Assembly (NCBI GenBank): GCA_049967475.1
Contig: JBMFSQ010000001.1
Location: 54,600-118,599, forward strand
Source: Chthonomonadales bacterium
GTDB lineage: Bacteria; Armatimonadota; Chthonomonadetes; Chthonomonadales; CAJBBX01
Direction of reading: 5' to 3'
Length of the DNA: 64,000 nt
The stretch's first letter is position 1. Every line of letters begins with the position of its first letter. A program made the position numbers and the translations under genes. Under the pieces are notes generated by a model that saw only the letters and a program-made list of their open reading frames with translations, was not told the origin of the DNA and did not search any database. This document shows, piece by piece, positions 28,641-36,743 of the stretch.

Positions 28641-29567
28641 TTGGGATTGCATGCATCATCCAGAGTGCGCGGCCCAAAGAACCGCTTGGATCCGAGTAAG
28701 CCGTACGGCTTCTTCCAGGAGCAGGAACTGGGGCCGGACGGGTTCCTCGAAACCGTAAACGTAATCCTCCTGACGAACCGCGAGTGTCCCTTCCGTTGCA
28801 TCTTCTGCGATCTGTGGAGGAACACTGCGGATCAGCGCGTGGCGCCGGGAGCCATTCCCGGCCAGATACGCTATGCCCTGGAGAGGCTGCCGCCGGCCAC
28901 GGCGATCAAGCTCTACAATTCCGGCAGCTTCTTCGATCCGAACGCCGTGCCTCCCGAGGATGATGCAGCCATCTGCGGAATGCTCAACGGTATGCGCCGA
29001 GTAATTGTGGAGAGCCATCCTTCCTTTGTCGGGCCGCGGTGCTTTCGGTTCGCCGAGCGTCTGGAAGGCCATCTCGAGGTCGCAATGGGATTGGAGACTG
29101 CGAACGCCCGGGTTTTGGCGCGTCTCAGGAAGGGGATGACGCTGGAAAGCTTCGCCGGAGCCGCGGCTACCCTGATCTCCCACGGCATCAGCTTGCGGAC
29201 CTTCGTTCTGGTGGGACCGCCCTATCAGTCCAAGGCCGAGGGCGTAGAATGGTCTGTGCGTTCCTTGGAGTTTGCCTTCGACTGCGGTGCCGAAGTTGCT
29301 ACCCTAATCCCTGCCCGCGGAAGCACTCCGGAATTGGAGGCCCTGCGGCAAACCGGGGACTTTGCGGAGCCTTCCCTAGCGGAGCTGGAAGCGGCGGCGG
29401 AACAGGGGGTGCGGCTGGGGCGCGGCCGCGTCTTCGCGGACCTTTGGGATGTAGATCGCTTGGACGAGTGCGCGTGCAGCCCGGCCCGGGTCGAACGATT
29501 GTCCGTGATGAACAGGACGCAGCAGGTGCCTCCTCCGGTGGCGTGCGCGCAGTGCGGGGGTGTATGA
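28641..29567 (+). CDS. Radical SAM enzyme, RaSEA/TIGR01210-like
   Basis: CPFRCIFC, IKLYNSGSFFD, IVESHP, EVAMGLET, FVLVGPP; C-terminal CAC...CAQC. Start uncertain. Confidence 0.8.
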   Translation: MGLHASSRVRGPKNRLDPSKPYGFFQEQELGPDGFLETVNVILLTNRECPFRCIFCDLWRNTADQRVAPGAIPGQIRYALERLPPATAIKLYNSGSFFDPNAVPPEDDAAICGMLNGMRRVIVESHPSFVGPRCFRFAERLEGHLEVAMGLETANARVLARLRKGMTLESFAGAAATLISHGISLRTFVLVGPPYQSKAEGVEWSVRSLEFAFDCGAEVATLIPARGSTPELEALRQTGDFAEPSLAELEAAAEQGVRLGRGRVFADLWDVDRLDECACSPARVERLSVMNRTQQVPPPVACAQCGGV

Positions 29568-29708
29568 TGGGCGGTTCCTCATGGTGGAGGGATCGGCGGT
29601 GCTCGCCCGTACCTCCGTTCGAAGCGGGTGGAAGGAAGCGTATTTGAGGCACCGAGCAGCGGTGTGGCGGCTGGGGAGCTCGAATTATACCTGTTGAAAG
29701 AGTGACCG

Positions 29709-31682
29709 ATGGCAACCAAACGACTCACACAAACGCAGGAAGAGCTGAAGGCGATTCAGGAGGCCTCCCAGCGGCAGGCGCTTCCTGAGCAGAAGCGGGT
29801 CTTCAGCGTCTCGGAGAAGATTCGCAGGCGGGTGCATAACCTGCCGGACCCCACGCGCCCGCCGCTTGGCTACGATGAGCACAAGGCCTTTGACCGGGTC
29901 TTTCCCTATGTGCGCCTGCCTCGGCTCCATCCACCCAATCACGGCGACACGGTCATCTTCAACGCGCCGGAGCTTCCGGCCAATCAACTGATCCTTGGGG
30001 ACAACCTGGAAGTCCTGCGCACCCTGCCGCCTGAATGTATTGACCTCATCTACATTGACCCTCCGTTTTTCTCAGGCCGCACCTACAACGTGATCTGGGG
30101 AGACACCAACGAGGTGCGCACCTTCTACGACATCTGGGAGGGCGGGATTGACTCCTACCTCATCTGGCTCAATGCCCGGCTCTGGGAGATGAAACGGGTG
30201 CTCAAGAAGACCGGCTCCATCTACGTCCACTGCGACTGGCACGCCAGCCACTACATCAAGTGCGAGATGGACAAGATTTTTGGGTATGAGAATTTTAGGA
30301 ATGAAATTGTGTGGGCATATAAGACGGGTGGAGTTGCTAAAGATCATTTTGCACGAAAGCATGATGTCATTTTGTTATATTCAAAAACCTCGAACTACTA
30401 CTTGGAAATCCCGCAGCAAAAGTCTTATCTTGATGACACAAAATGGAAAGAGTATCACAAAGGCGCTGCAGAGCTAGGTTTCCAACGGGATGAACAAGGT
30501 ATGTTTCGCATGGTTTCTGCGCGAGATATTTGGGATGACATTGATGTTCCACATCCTAGGTCTTTTGAGCGAATCGGCTACCCCACCCAAAAACCCGAAG
30601 CTCTTTTAGAGCGAATCATCAAAGCTTCTTCCAACGAAGGCGATATGGTTGCTGACTTCTTTTGCGGCGGGGGTACAACCTGCGCCGTGGCGATGAAGCT
30701 CAACCGGCGCTTCATCGGCTGCGACTCTTCCCGTGTGGCGATTGCCGTGACACTGGATCGGCTGGTGAAAATCGGCGAAGAGATGAGCGGGGTCAAAAGC
30801 AACATCTCCACCGGTGGTGCGCCGGTTGAGGAGAAGCTCCAGATGGGCGGTGCGGTGGCCAAGGTGCCGAACATCGAGGTCTCGTATCTGGGCGTCTATC
30901 CGCTGGATAAGTTCGAGCATCTTTCGCAGGATGATTTTGTGGACTTTGTCCTCACCTGCTACGGGGCCAGCCGCAACACGGGAGAAGGCATAGCCCACGG
31001 TTTCCGCCCGCCCGGGCAGAGCGAGCCGATTCTGGTGGGTCCGGCCAATCCCAAGGAGTCCATTGACGCCCGCAAGGTCAAGGAGTTCTTTGATGAGATC
31101 AAGTCGCGCCTTGAACCGAACAAACCGATTCGAGCCAAGATCCTGGGCTGGCGCTTCAGCCGCCAGGTGCAGGAGTATGTGAAGATCCTTCAGAAATATG
31201 TGGAAGACAACGGGTTGATTGTCGAAGACGACGGCTCGCCTTTGATTGAGATTGAGCTGATTCCTCTGCGTTCCAACCGCTTCCGGGAGCGGATTCTTCA
31301 GCGATACAGGGATGTGGAGGATGCCGACTTCTTCTTGCGCTTCCCTGAGCCGCCGGTAATCGGCGACATCCGCATCAAGAAAGTCGGCCTGCTGGAGTAT
31401 GAATTTGAGGCGGTAGATGCCTTCTCCACCAACGAGGACGGCGGGCTGGTCAACTGCCAGTGGGACTTTGACTACCAGGAAGGCCACTTTGGGGCGGACA
31501 AGGACTACATCCTGTCGCGGCAGAAGGTGAAATCCAAGACGCGCGGGGCAGGAGAGCGGTTTGAGGCCATCCTCACCTCCCGGCATAAGTTCGACAAGCC
31601 CGGCACGTACACGGTGGCCTGCAAGGTGCAGGATGACCTGGCGGGTGAGGCCATCTTGTCAAGGACGATTGAGGTAACGTGA
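29709..31682 (+). CDS. Beta-class N6A/N4C DNA methyltransferase (type III Mod-like) with C-terminal nuclease-like fold and PKD-like domain
   Basis: LILGDNL, IYIDPPF, YPTQKPEALLERII, DFFCGGGTT; tail WDFDY...HKFDKPGTYTVACKVQD. Confidence 0.9.
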   Translation: MATKRLTQTQEELKAIQEASQRQALPEQKRVFSVSEKIRRRVHNLPDPTRPPLGYDEHKAFDRVFPYVRLPRLHPPNHGDTVIFNAPELPANQLILGDNLEVLRTLPPECIDLIYIDPPFFSGRTYNVIWGDTNEVRTFYDIWEGGIDSYLIWLNARLWEMKRVLKKTGSIYVHCDWHASHYIKCEMDKIFGYENFRNEIVWAYKTGGVAKDHFARKHDVILLYSKTSNYYLEIPQQKSYLDDTKWKEYHKGAAELGFQRDEQGMFRMVSARDIWDDIDVPHPRSFERIGYPTQKPEALLERIIKASSNEGDMVADFFCGGGTTCAVAMKLNRRFIGCDSSRVAIAVTLDRLVKIGEEMSGVKSNISTGGAPVEEKLQMGGAVAKVPNIEVSYLGVYPLDKFEHLSQDDFVDFVLTCYGASRNTGEGIAHGFRPPGQSEPILVGPANPKESIDARKVKEFFDEIKSRLEPNKPIRAKILGWRFSRQVQEYVKILQKYVEDNGLIVEDDGSPLIEIELIPLRSNRFRERILQRYRDVEDADFFLRFPEPPVIGDIRIKKVGLLEYEFEAVDAFSTNEDGGLVNCQWDFDYQEGHFGADKDYILSRQKVKSKTRGAGERFEAILTSRHKFDKPGTYTVACKVQDDLAGEAILSRTIEVT

Positions 31683-31691
31683 GAAGGCCGG

Positions 31692-31967
31692 ATGCCTGAT
31701 CCAATCCGCACATTCACTGTGACGCCGCATGCCGCAGACCAGATGAGGCGCCGTGAGATTGACGAGGCGACCCTAACGAGTGTGCTGTCTGCTCCCGAGC
31801 GGCGTCTGCCTGTGCGAGCGGGAAGGGATCTGCTCGAAAGAGTTGTGGAATTCGGGGGCAGGCCCTACCTCGTTCGGGTGATTGTAGATGTGGACCGCAC
31901 ACCCGCAGAAGTTGTTACGGTCTACCGCACAAGCAAAATTGAAAAATACAGGAGGGAAAGGCGATGA
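31692..31967 (+). CDS. DUF4258-like putative toxin
   Basis: TPHAADQMRRREI...LVRVIVD..EVVTVYRTSKIEKY. Confidence 0.75.
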   Translation: MPDPIRTFTVTPHAADQMRRREIDEATLTSVLSAPERRLPVRAGRDLLERVVEFGGRPYLVRVIVDVDRTPAEVVTVYRTSKIEKYRRERR

Positions 31968-32161
31968 AGGTAACATACGATCCAAAGACAGATACGTTGA
32001 CCGTCATCCTGAAAGATAGCGTCCCGGTTGCGGAAAGCGACGAGGAAAAGCCGGGTGTCATTCTGGATTATGACGACCAGGGCAACCTGATATCTCTGGA
32101 GGTTCTGGACGCCTCCAAGCGGGTCACGGAGACGAGAAAGATAGAGTTCCAAACCGCGTAG
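31964..32161 (+). CDS. DUF2283-like putative antitoxin
   Basis: MKVTYDPKTDTL...GVILDYDDQGNLISLEVLDASK; ATGA overlap with the toxin gene. Confidence 0.85.
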   Translation: MKVTYDPKTDTLTVILKDSVPVAESDEEKPGVILDYDDQGNLISLEVLDASKRVTETRKIEFQTA

Positions 32162-32177
32162 CTGCAGGTACCGAAGA

Positions 32178-34229
32178 ATGCACTACTCCTTCAAGCCACA
32201 CGAGGCGAATTTCAGGGAGTGGAGGAAGGGCGGGTATGTAGGAATACCCGAAAGTGGGATTGCCTTTCTCAAGAACCTCCGCTCGCCGCAGTTCAAGCCC
32301 AAACTGAAACTGTGGAATCAGCGCCAGTGGGAGAAGGTACAACTGGAGGCGATTGAGCGGTGCGTCTATTCGTTCGAGATTCTGGGAGAGAAAGACCTTC
32401 TTACCAATATCGTCACAGGAGGCGGGAAGACCACGGTCATCGGCGCGATGATTGCCTATCTCATGATCGTGCATGACCAGACGAAGTTCCTCATTCTCAC
32501 CCCGAACACCATCGTCCGTGACCGCCTGGTGGATGAGTTCGATCCCGCCTCGGTGAGTTATATCTATGGACTCTTCCCCTTCTTTTTCAACTCCTTTGAG
32601 TCGCTCAAGAACCGTGTGAGCCTCCACCTCATGCAGCCGAAGGCAAGCCCGGCGGGTATCCGCTCCGGCTCGCTTATTCTGGGCAACATCCACCAGATCT
32701 ACGAGCGCACAGACAACTGGAAGGTCTTGATGGAGAACGTGGAGTCGCTGTGCATCTTCAATGATGAGGCCCACAACACGAAAGCGGAGCAATACAACGA
32801 CCTCATCAACAAGCTGAAGCCCAAACGATTCTTTCGGCTCGATACGACGGCCACGCCGGACCGTCTCGATGGCCTTCATCCGGACAGCAAGATGATTTAC
32901 GTCTACACCATTGCCGAGGCGATGCGCGACAAGATCATCAAGCGGATTGTGGTGTTCCACCCGGATGTGAAGAAAGTTAAGCTGACGTATGAAGACCTCG
33001 AAACTGGAAAGACCATCTCGGCCGAGGAGGTCCCGTGGGAGGAGATCGAGCGGCGCAAGGTGCCTGCCCGACGCTACATCACGAGCACCCACCCCATGCG
33101 CCAGCAGATCGCGATTGCGCTTGAACTCCTCAAGGAGCAGCGCATGCGCACGCCGGCCCCCTACAAACCCCTTTTGCTCGTTGTGGCGGTGTCCATTGCT
33201 GATGCGGAACGCATTAAGACCGAAATTGAGCGGGTGGGTGAAACGTATGGCGTTCGGAAGGTCCTGCTCGTGACCAACGAGTCGGAAGAAGAAATGAAGG
33301 AAGCGGCGCGGGACTTAAACAAGGACCCTCAAACCGAGTGGGATGCGGTGGTCTCGGTGCTCATGCTCCGGGAGGGCTGGGACGTGCGGAATATCTCGGT
33401 CATCCTGCTCTTCCGTAAGTTCAGCTACAAGGAGGTTGACGGCCAGATTTTCTCTGTGTATGGCCCGCAGGTCATCGGACGCGGCCTCCGCCGCATGAGC
33501 CAGAACCCGGAAGAGTGGGAGTCGCTCTTTGTGGTAGACCATCCCATCCTGAAACACACCTGGCTGTGGGAACATCTCAAGGCGAACGAATACCCTGACG
33601 CCCTCGACCCGGCGGGTGTTGTGGTGGACGTGGCGAAGATTCCGGAAGGCGCTGCTGAGCCCTCCGCGGACGAAGATGAAATGCCCTTGGAGGATGCGGA
33701 AAAGAAAAAACTTGAGATCGGAAACCTCCCTGAGACACCCGAGCCGCCGGAAGCAGTCGAGCCTATCTACGAGTGGCAGAAATTCCTCGATAGCTACCGG
33801 TATGACTTCCACAAGATGAACATCATCGAGGATGTGGAACAGATCAAGAGCCTCAATCTGGACTCTGAGCTGACAACGCTCGATAAGGGAGCGGTTCCAC
33901 AGATTCAGATTGAGCAAATCGCCAGGATCACGCGGACAGAACACTGGAGCCTCGATGAGGTCAAGAAAAACCTTATCCGGCAGGTTCACTCGATAGCCCA
34001 CGATGCACTCATCGAATATGACCGTAATCCCGATGAGCGGCAGGTGGAGCTGGTGAAGATTATCCGTGAGCATCTGAAGAAACGATTTTTAGGAGGACAC
34101 GAAGTCGAAGAGGCGACAGACGAGCTTGCGCTGCGCAGGCTTTGGGCGCTGATCGATCAGGTGCGGGACCTGTTTCTGAGGCCGGAGCTGGTTGAGGGAA
34201 TTTTTGTCAGCAGCAAACGTGGACGGTAA
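32178..34229 (+). CDS. SF2 helicase/ATPase, type III Res-like, lacking a fused nuclease
   Basis: TGGGKT, DEAH, TATP, MLREGWDV, QVIGRGLR; no PD-(D/E)xK motif visible in the C-terminus. Confidence 0.88.
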   Translation: MHYSFKPHEANFREWRKGGYVGIPESGIAFLKNLRSPQFKPKLKLWNQRQWEKVQLEAIERCVYSFEILGEKDLLTNIVTGGGKTTVIGAMIAYLMIVHDQTKFLILTPNTIVRDRLVDEFDPASVSYIYGLFPFFFNSFESLKNRVSLHLMQPKASPAGIRSGSLILGNIHQIYERTDNWKVLMENVESLCIFNDEAHNTKAEQYNDLINKLKPKRFFRLDTTATPDRLDGLHPDSKMIYVYTIAEAMRDKIIKRIVVFHPDVKKVKLTYEDLETGKTISAEEVPWEEIERRKVPARRYITSTHPMRQQIAIALELLKEQRMRTPAPYKPLLLVVAVSIADAERIKTEIERVGETYGVRKVLLVTNESEEEMKEAARDLNKDPQTEWDAVVSVLMLREGWDVRNISVILLFRKFSYKEVDGQIFSVYGPQVIGRGLRRMSQNPEEWESLFVVDHPILKHTWLWEHLKANEYPDALDPAGVVVDVAKIPEGAAEPSADEDEMPLEDAEKKKLEIGNLPETPEPPEAVEPIYEWQKFLDSYRYDFHKMNIIEDVEQIKSLNLDSELTTLDKGAVPQIQIEQIARITRTEHWSLDEVKKNLIRQVHSIAHDALIEYDRNPDERQVELVKIIREHLKKRFLGGHEVEEATDELALRRLWALIDQVRDLFLRPELVEGIFVSSKRGR

Positions 34230-34235
34230 GCTTGC

Positions 34236-34604
34236 ATGATCAGCAAGAAAGGAAAACTCACGAACCTCAAGAAAAGTCCCTTCGGGGAGGAAGAGTACGA
34301 CTCAGCTTTAGAGCGGGAATACATGGTCGAACTGGAGCGGGATGCGGCGGTCGTGAAATGGACCAAGAAGCACGGAATCAAGATCCCCTACACTTTTTTG
34401 GGGTTCCGGCGACACTACCTGCCCGACTTTTTGGTCGAATATCGTGACGGAACGCGGGAAATCCACGAGACGAAAGGGCTGCCGTTGCTTCTTTGGCTTT
34501 CGACCAAACTGAAGCGCCAATCCGCCGAGGCGTTTTGCCAGGCGCACGGATTCCGCTACAAGCAGATTACGAAGGGGCGAGGGGCCTTCTATGGGAAGGT
34601 GTAG
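34236..34604 (+). CDS. Stand-alone TnsA-N-terminal-like PD-(D/E)xK endonuclease
   Basis: YDSALEREYM..LE, IPY...RHYLPDFLVEY...IHETKG...KRQSAEAFC. Confidence 0.85.
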   Translation: MISKKGKLTNLKKSPFGEEEYDSALEREYMVELERDAAVVKWTKKHGIKIPYTFLGFRRHYLPDFLVEYRDGTREIHETKGLPLLLWLSTKLKRQSAEAFCQAHGFRYKQITKGRGAFYGKV

Positions 34605-34632
34605 GGGCGATGTTGTGGTATGGGAAGGGGGC

Positions 34633-34698
34633 GCCTAACAAGCCGATGAAGCTGACGGTCGCCTGCGGCGCCCGCAGCTTATCGGCAGGGGGTTAGGC
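34633..34698 (+). mobile_element. Canonical integron attC site
   Basis: GCCTAAC-AAGC-CGATGAAGCTG-ACGGTCGCCTGCGGCGCCCG-CAGCTTATCG-GCAGGGG-GTTAGGC: complementary R''/R', L boxes with an extra G; 66 bp; 28 nt after a stop codon. Confidence 0.9.
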
Positions 34699-34741
34699 AG
34701 CGGCCAGTAGCTAAGCGGAGTTCGACCGTCTCCGCGACTTC

Positions 34742-34960
34742 GTGGGAGGCGACAAGCGGGCCTTGGAGCTGTATCAATCCTTCCGGGACCCGCAGAGCTT
34801 CCCGAGGCGGGATCTGCAGGAGTTCCCGTTCATGGCGGTGGGGCCTGTGTCGCCCTTGGCGTTCAGCGGCAAGCCGCTCTTCTTCACGGCGTTCACGGAC
34901 CCAGCGGAGTTTCTGCGGGTCAACAATCTCGAAACGGCGAGGCCGCGATCAACGGGATGA
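34742..34960 (+). pseudogene. Possible gene-cassette remnant (72-aa ORF)
   Basis: Short ORF without a clear RBS, lying between two attC-like sites; looks like a fragment of a longer gene. Confidence 0.35.
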
Positions 34961-35065
34961 AGCAGTGTCATGCCCACCGCCCTTTGAGCAGCCGTCAATC
35001 TGGGGAATGGTTGAAGACGGCGCGCCGGGTCCATGGGTATTTTCGGACCTCGAGGGTTTCACGAG

Positions 35066-35149
35066 CGATAGATCTATGCAGCCGACGCCGCTTCGCTGCG
35101 CTCCTCCACGACTGAGCGCGCCCGGCACGGCCTGATGCGGACGTTGTAA
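35066..35149 (+). mobile_element. Degenerate attC site
   Basis: ATGCAGCCGACGCCG..GCGCTC-loop-GAGCGC..CGGCACGGCCTGAT-GCGGAC-GTTG: L arms and inner stem retained, R'' AAC lost, R' imperfect. Confidence 0.55.
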
Positions 35150-35177
35150 CGGCGCTGGATACGGGAGCCTTATCTCG

Positions 35178-36743
35178 ATGGCAGATTTCGATTTGGTGAT
35201 CGCAGGCTCGGGTTTCGGCGGAAGCCTTCTGGCCATGATTGCATGCCGGCTGGGATTGCGCGTTCTCTTGGCGGAACGGCACACACACCCCCGCTTCGCC
35301 ATCGGGGAGTCCTCTTCGCCCCTTGCGAACGTTCTTCTGGAAGAGCTCGCCCGCCGCTACGACCTTCCGCGCCTACTGCCGCTGACGGCGTGGGGGAGTT
35401 GGCAGCGCATCTATCCCTACATCGCGTGCGGCCTCAAGCGCGGCTTTACCTTCTACCATCATGAGGCTGGGCAGCGCTTCGCCAATACGCCGGAACGAAC
35501 CGACCAACTTCTGGTGGCGGCAAGCCCCTCCGATGAGTTGAGCGACACGCACTGGTTCCGTGCGGATTTCGACTACTTTCTGATGCGCGAAGCGGTGGCC
35601 GCTGGAGCTGAATATGGTGATCGCCTCGATCTGGCCGAAGTGCGCTGGGATGGTGCCATCGGCCGGATAGCCGGCATCCGCAGGACGCAGCGCGGACGGA
35701 TCCCCTTTTCGTGTTCGACGCGGCTGGTGGTGGACGCATCCGGGCCGCGAGGCTTCCTGTTCCGTGCGTTGGGGCTCGAATGGAAGCTTCCTCCGGGCAT
35801 GCCGAGCACTTCGGCTCTGTATACGCATTTCGTGGATGTGGAGCGTTGCGAGGCTCTGCCGGATTACGCTACGCGCGCTGCACCACCCTATCCGCCGGAC
35901 GATGCGGCCCTCCATCACGTGTTTGCGGGAGGGTGGATGTGGGTCCTTCGCTTTAACAACGGCATCACGAGCGCCGGCGTAGCAATGGAACAGCCCTTGG
36001 CTGCCGAACTCGGCCTGGCTGAGGGGCCTTCTGCCTGGCGGCGTGTTTTGAGGCGCTTCCCTTCGATCGAACAACAGTTTGGGCGGGCCGAACCGGTGCA
36101 GCCCTTCGTTTTCGTTCCCGTGCTTCCTTTTCGTGTGGAGCAGGCAGCCGGACCAGGGTGGGCGCTCTTGCCGTCCGCGGCCGCCTTCGTGGATCCGCTG
36201 TTCAGCACCGGCATCCCGCTCACGCTACTGGGTATCCAGCGGCTCGCGGCCATTCTGGAGCGAGCGGGTGCGACGCCCTCGCCCGAGCTGCTAGAGGGTT
36301 ATAGTGCTTCGGTGTTGGAGGATGCCGACTTCACTGCCCGCTTTATCGGGGCATGCTACCGCACAATGGCACCGTTTAGCCTGTTTCCATCGCTCTCCAT
36401 GATCTACTTTGCCGCAGCCAGCTTCTCCGAAGCCGCGCGTAGACTGGGATATCCTCTTGCGCCGAAGCGGTTTCTGGCAGCCGATGTGCCCGGTTTCTGC
36501 GAAGCAGCGGATCGCATCCTTCAGAGGATATTGGATGGGGATCCGCAGTGTCCTTCCGAAGAGTTCGCCGGCGAGGTGTGCCGCGCCATCGCCCCGATTA
36601 ACGTGGCAGGGTTGTGCGACCCCGCGCGCAAAAACTGGTATCCGGTAGATCTCGACGATCTGGTGCGCAATGCCGAGAACCTGGGGACCACTCCCGAGGA
36701 GATGAGGCGCATCTTGGCCAACGCGGATTGGGCCCGGATTTAG
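35178..36743 (+). CDS. Flavin-dependent halogenase family protein
   Basis: IAGSGFGG, HPRFAIGES, CGLKRG (candidate catalytic Lys), VDASG, WMWVLRF (WxWxIP-like), FVDPLFSTG. Confidence 0.82.
   Translation: MADFDLVIAGSGFGGSLLAMIACRLGLRVLLAERHTHPRFAIGESSSPLANVLLEELARRYDLPRLLPLTAWGSWQRIYPYIACGLKRGFTFYHHEAGQRFANTPERTDQLLVAASPSDELSDTHWFRADFDYFLMREAVAAGAEYGDRLDLAEVRWDGAIGRIAGIRRTQRGRIPFSCSTRLVVDASGPRGFLFRALGLEWKLPPGMPSTSALYTHFVDVERCEALPDYATRAAPPYPPDDAALHHVFAGGWMWVLRFNNGITSAGVAMEQPLAAELGLAEGPSAWRRVLRRFPSIEQQFGRAEPVQPFVFVPVLPFRVEQAAGPGWALLPSAAAFVDPLFSTGIPLTLLGIQRLAAILERAGATPSPELLEGYSASVLEDADFTARFIGACYRTMAPFSLFPSLSMIYFAAASFSEAARRLGYPLAPKRFLAADVPGFCEAADRILQRILDGDPQCPSEEFAGEVCRAIAPINVAGLCDPARKNWYPVDLDDLVRNAENLGTTPEEMRRILANADWARI

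Noticed and set aside
29640..29655. TTTGAGGCACC as the left end of the RM cassette
   Set aside because: Only a loose match to the expected GTTAGGCGCC; not enough to call the junction.
34236..34604. Tn7-like transposon suggested by the TnsA-like gene
   Set aside because: No TnsB/TnsC/TniQ genes or terminal repeats seen; the gene is coupled to a Res-like helicase instead.
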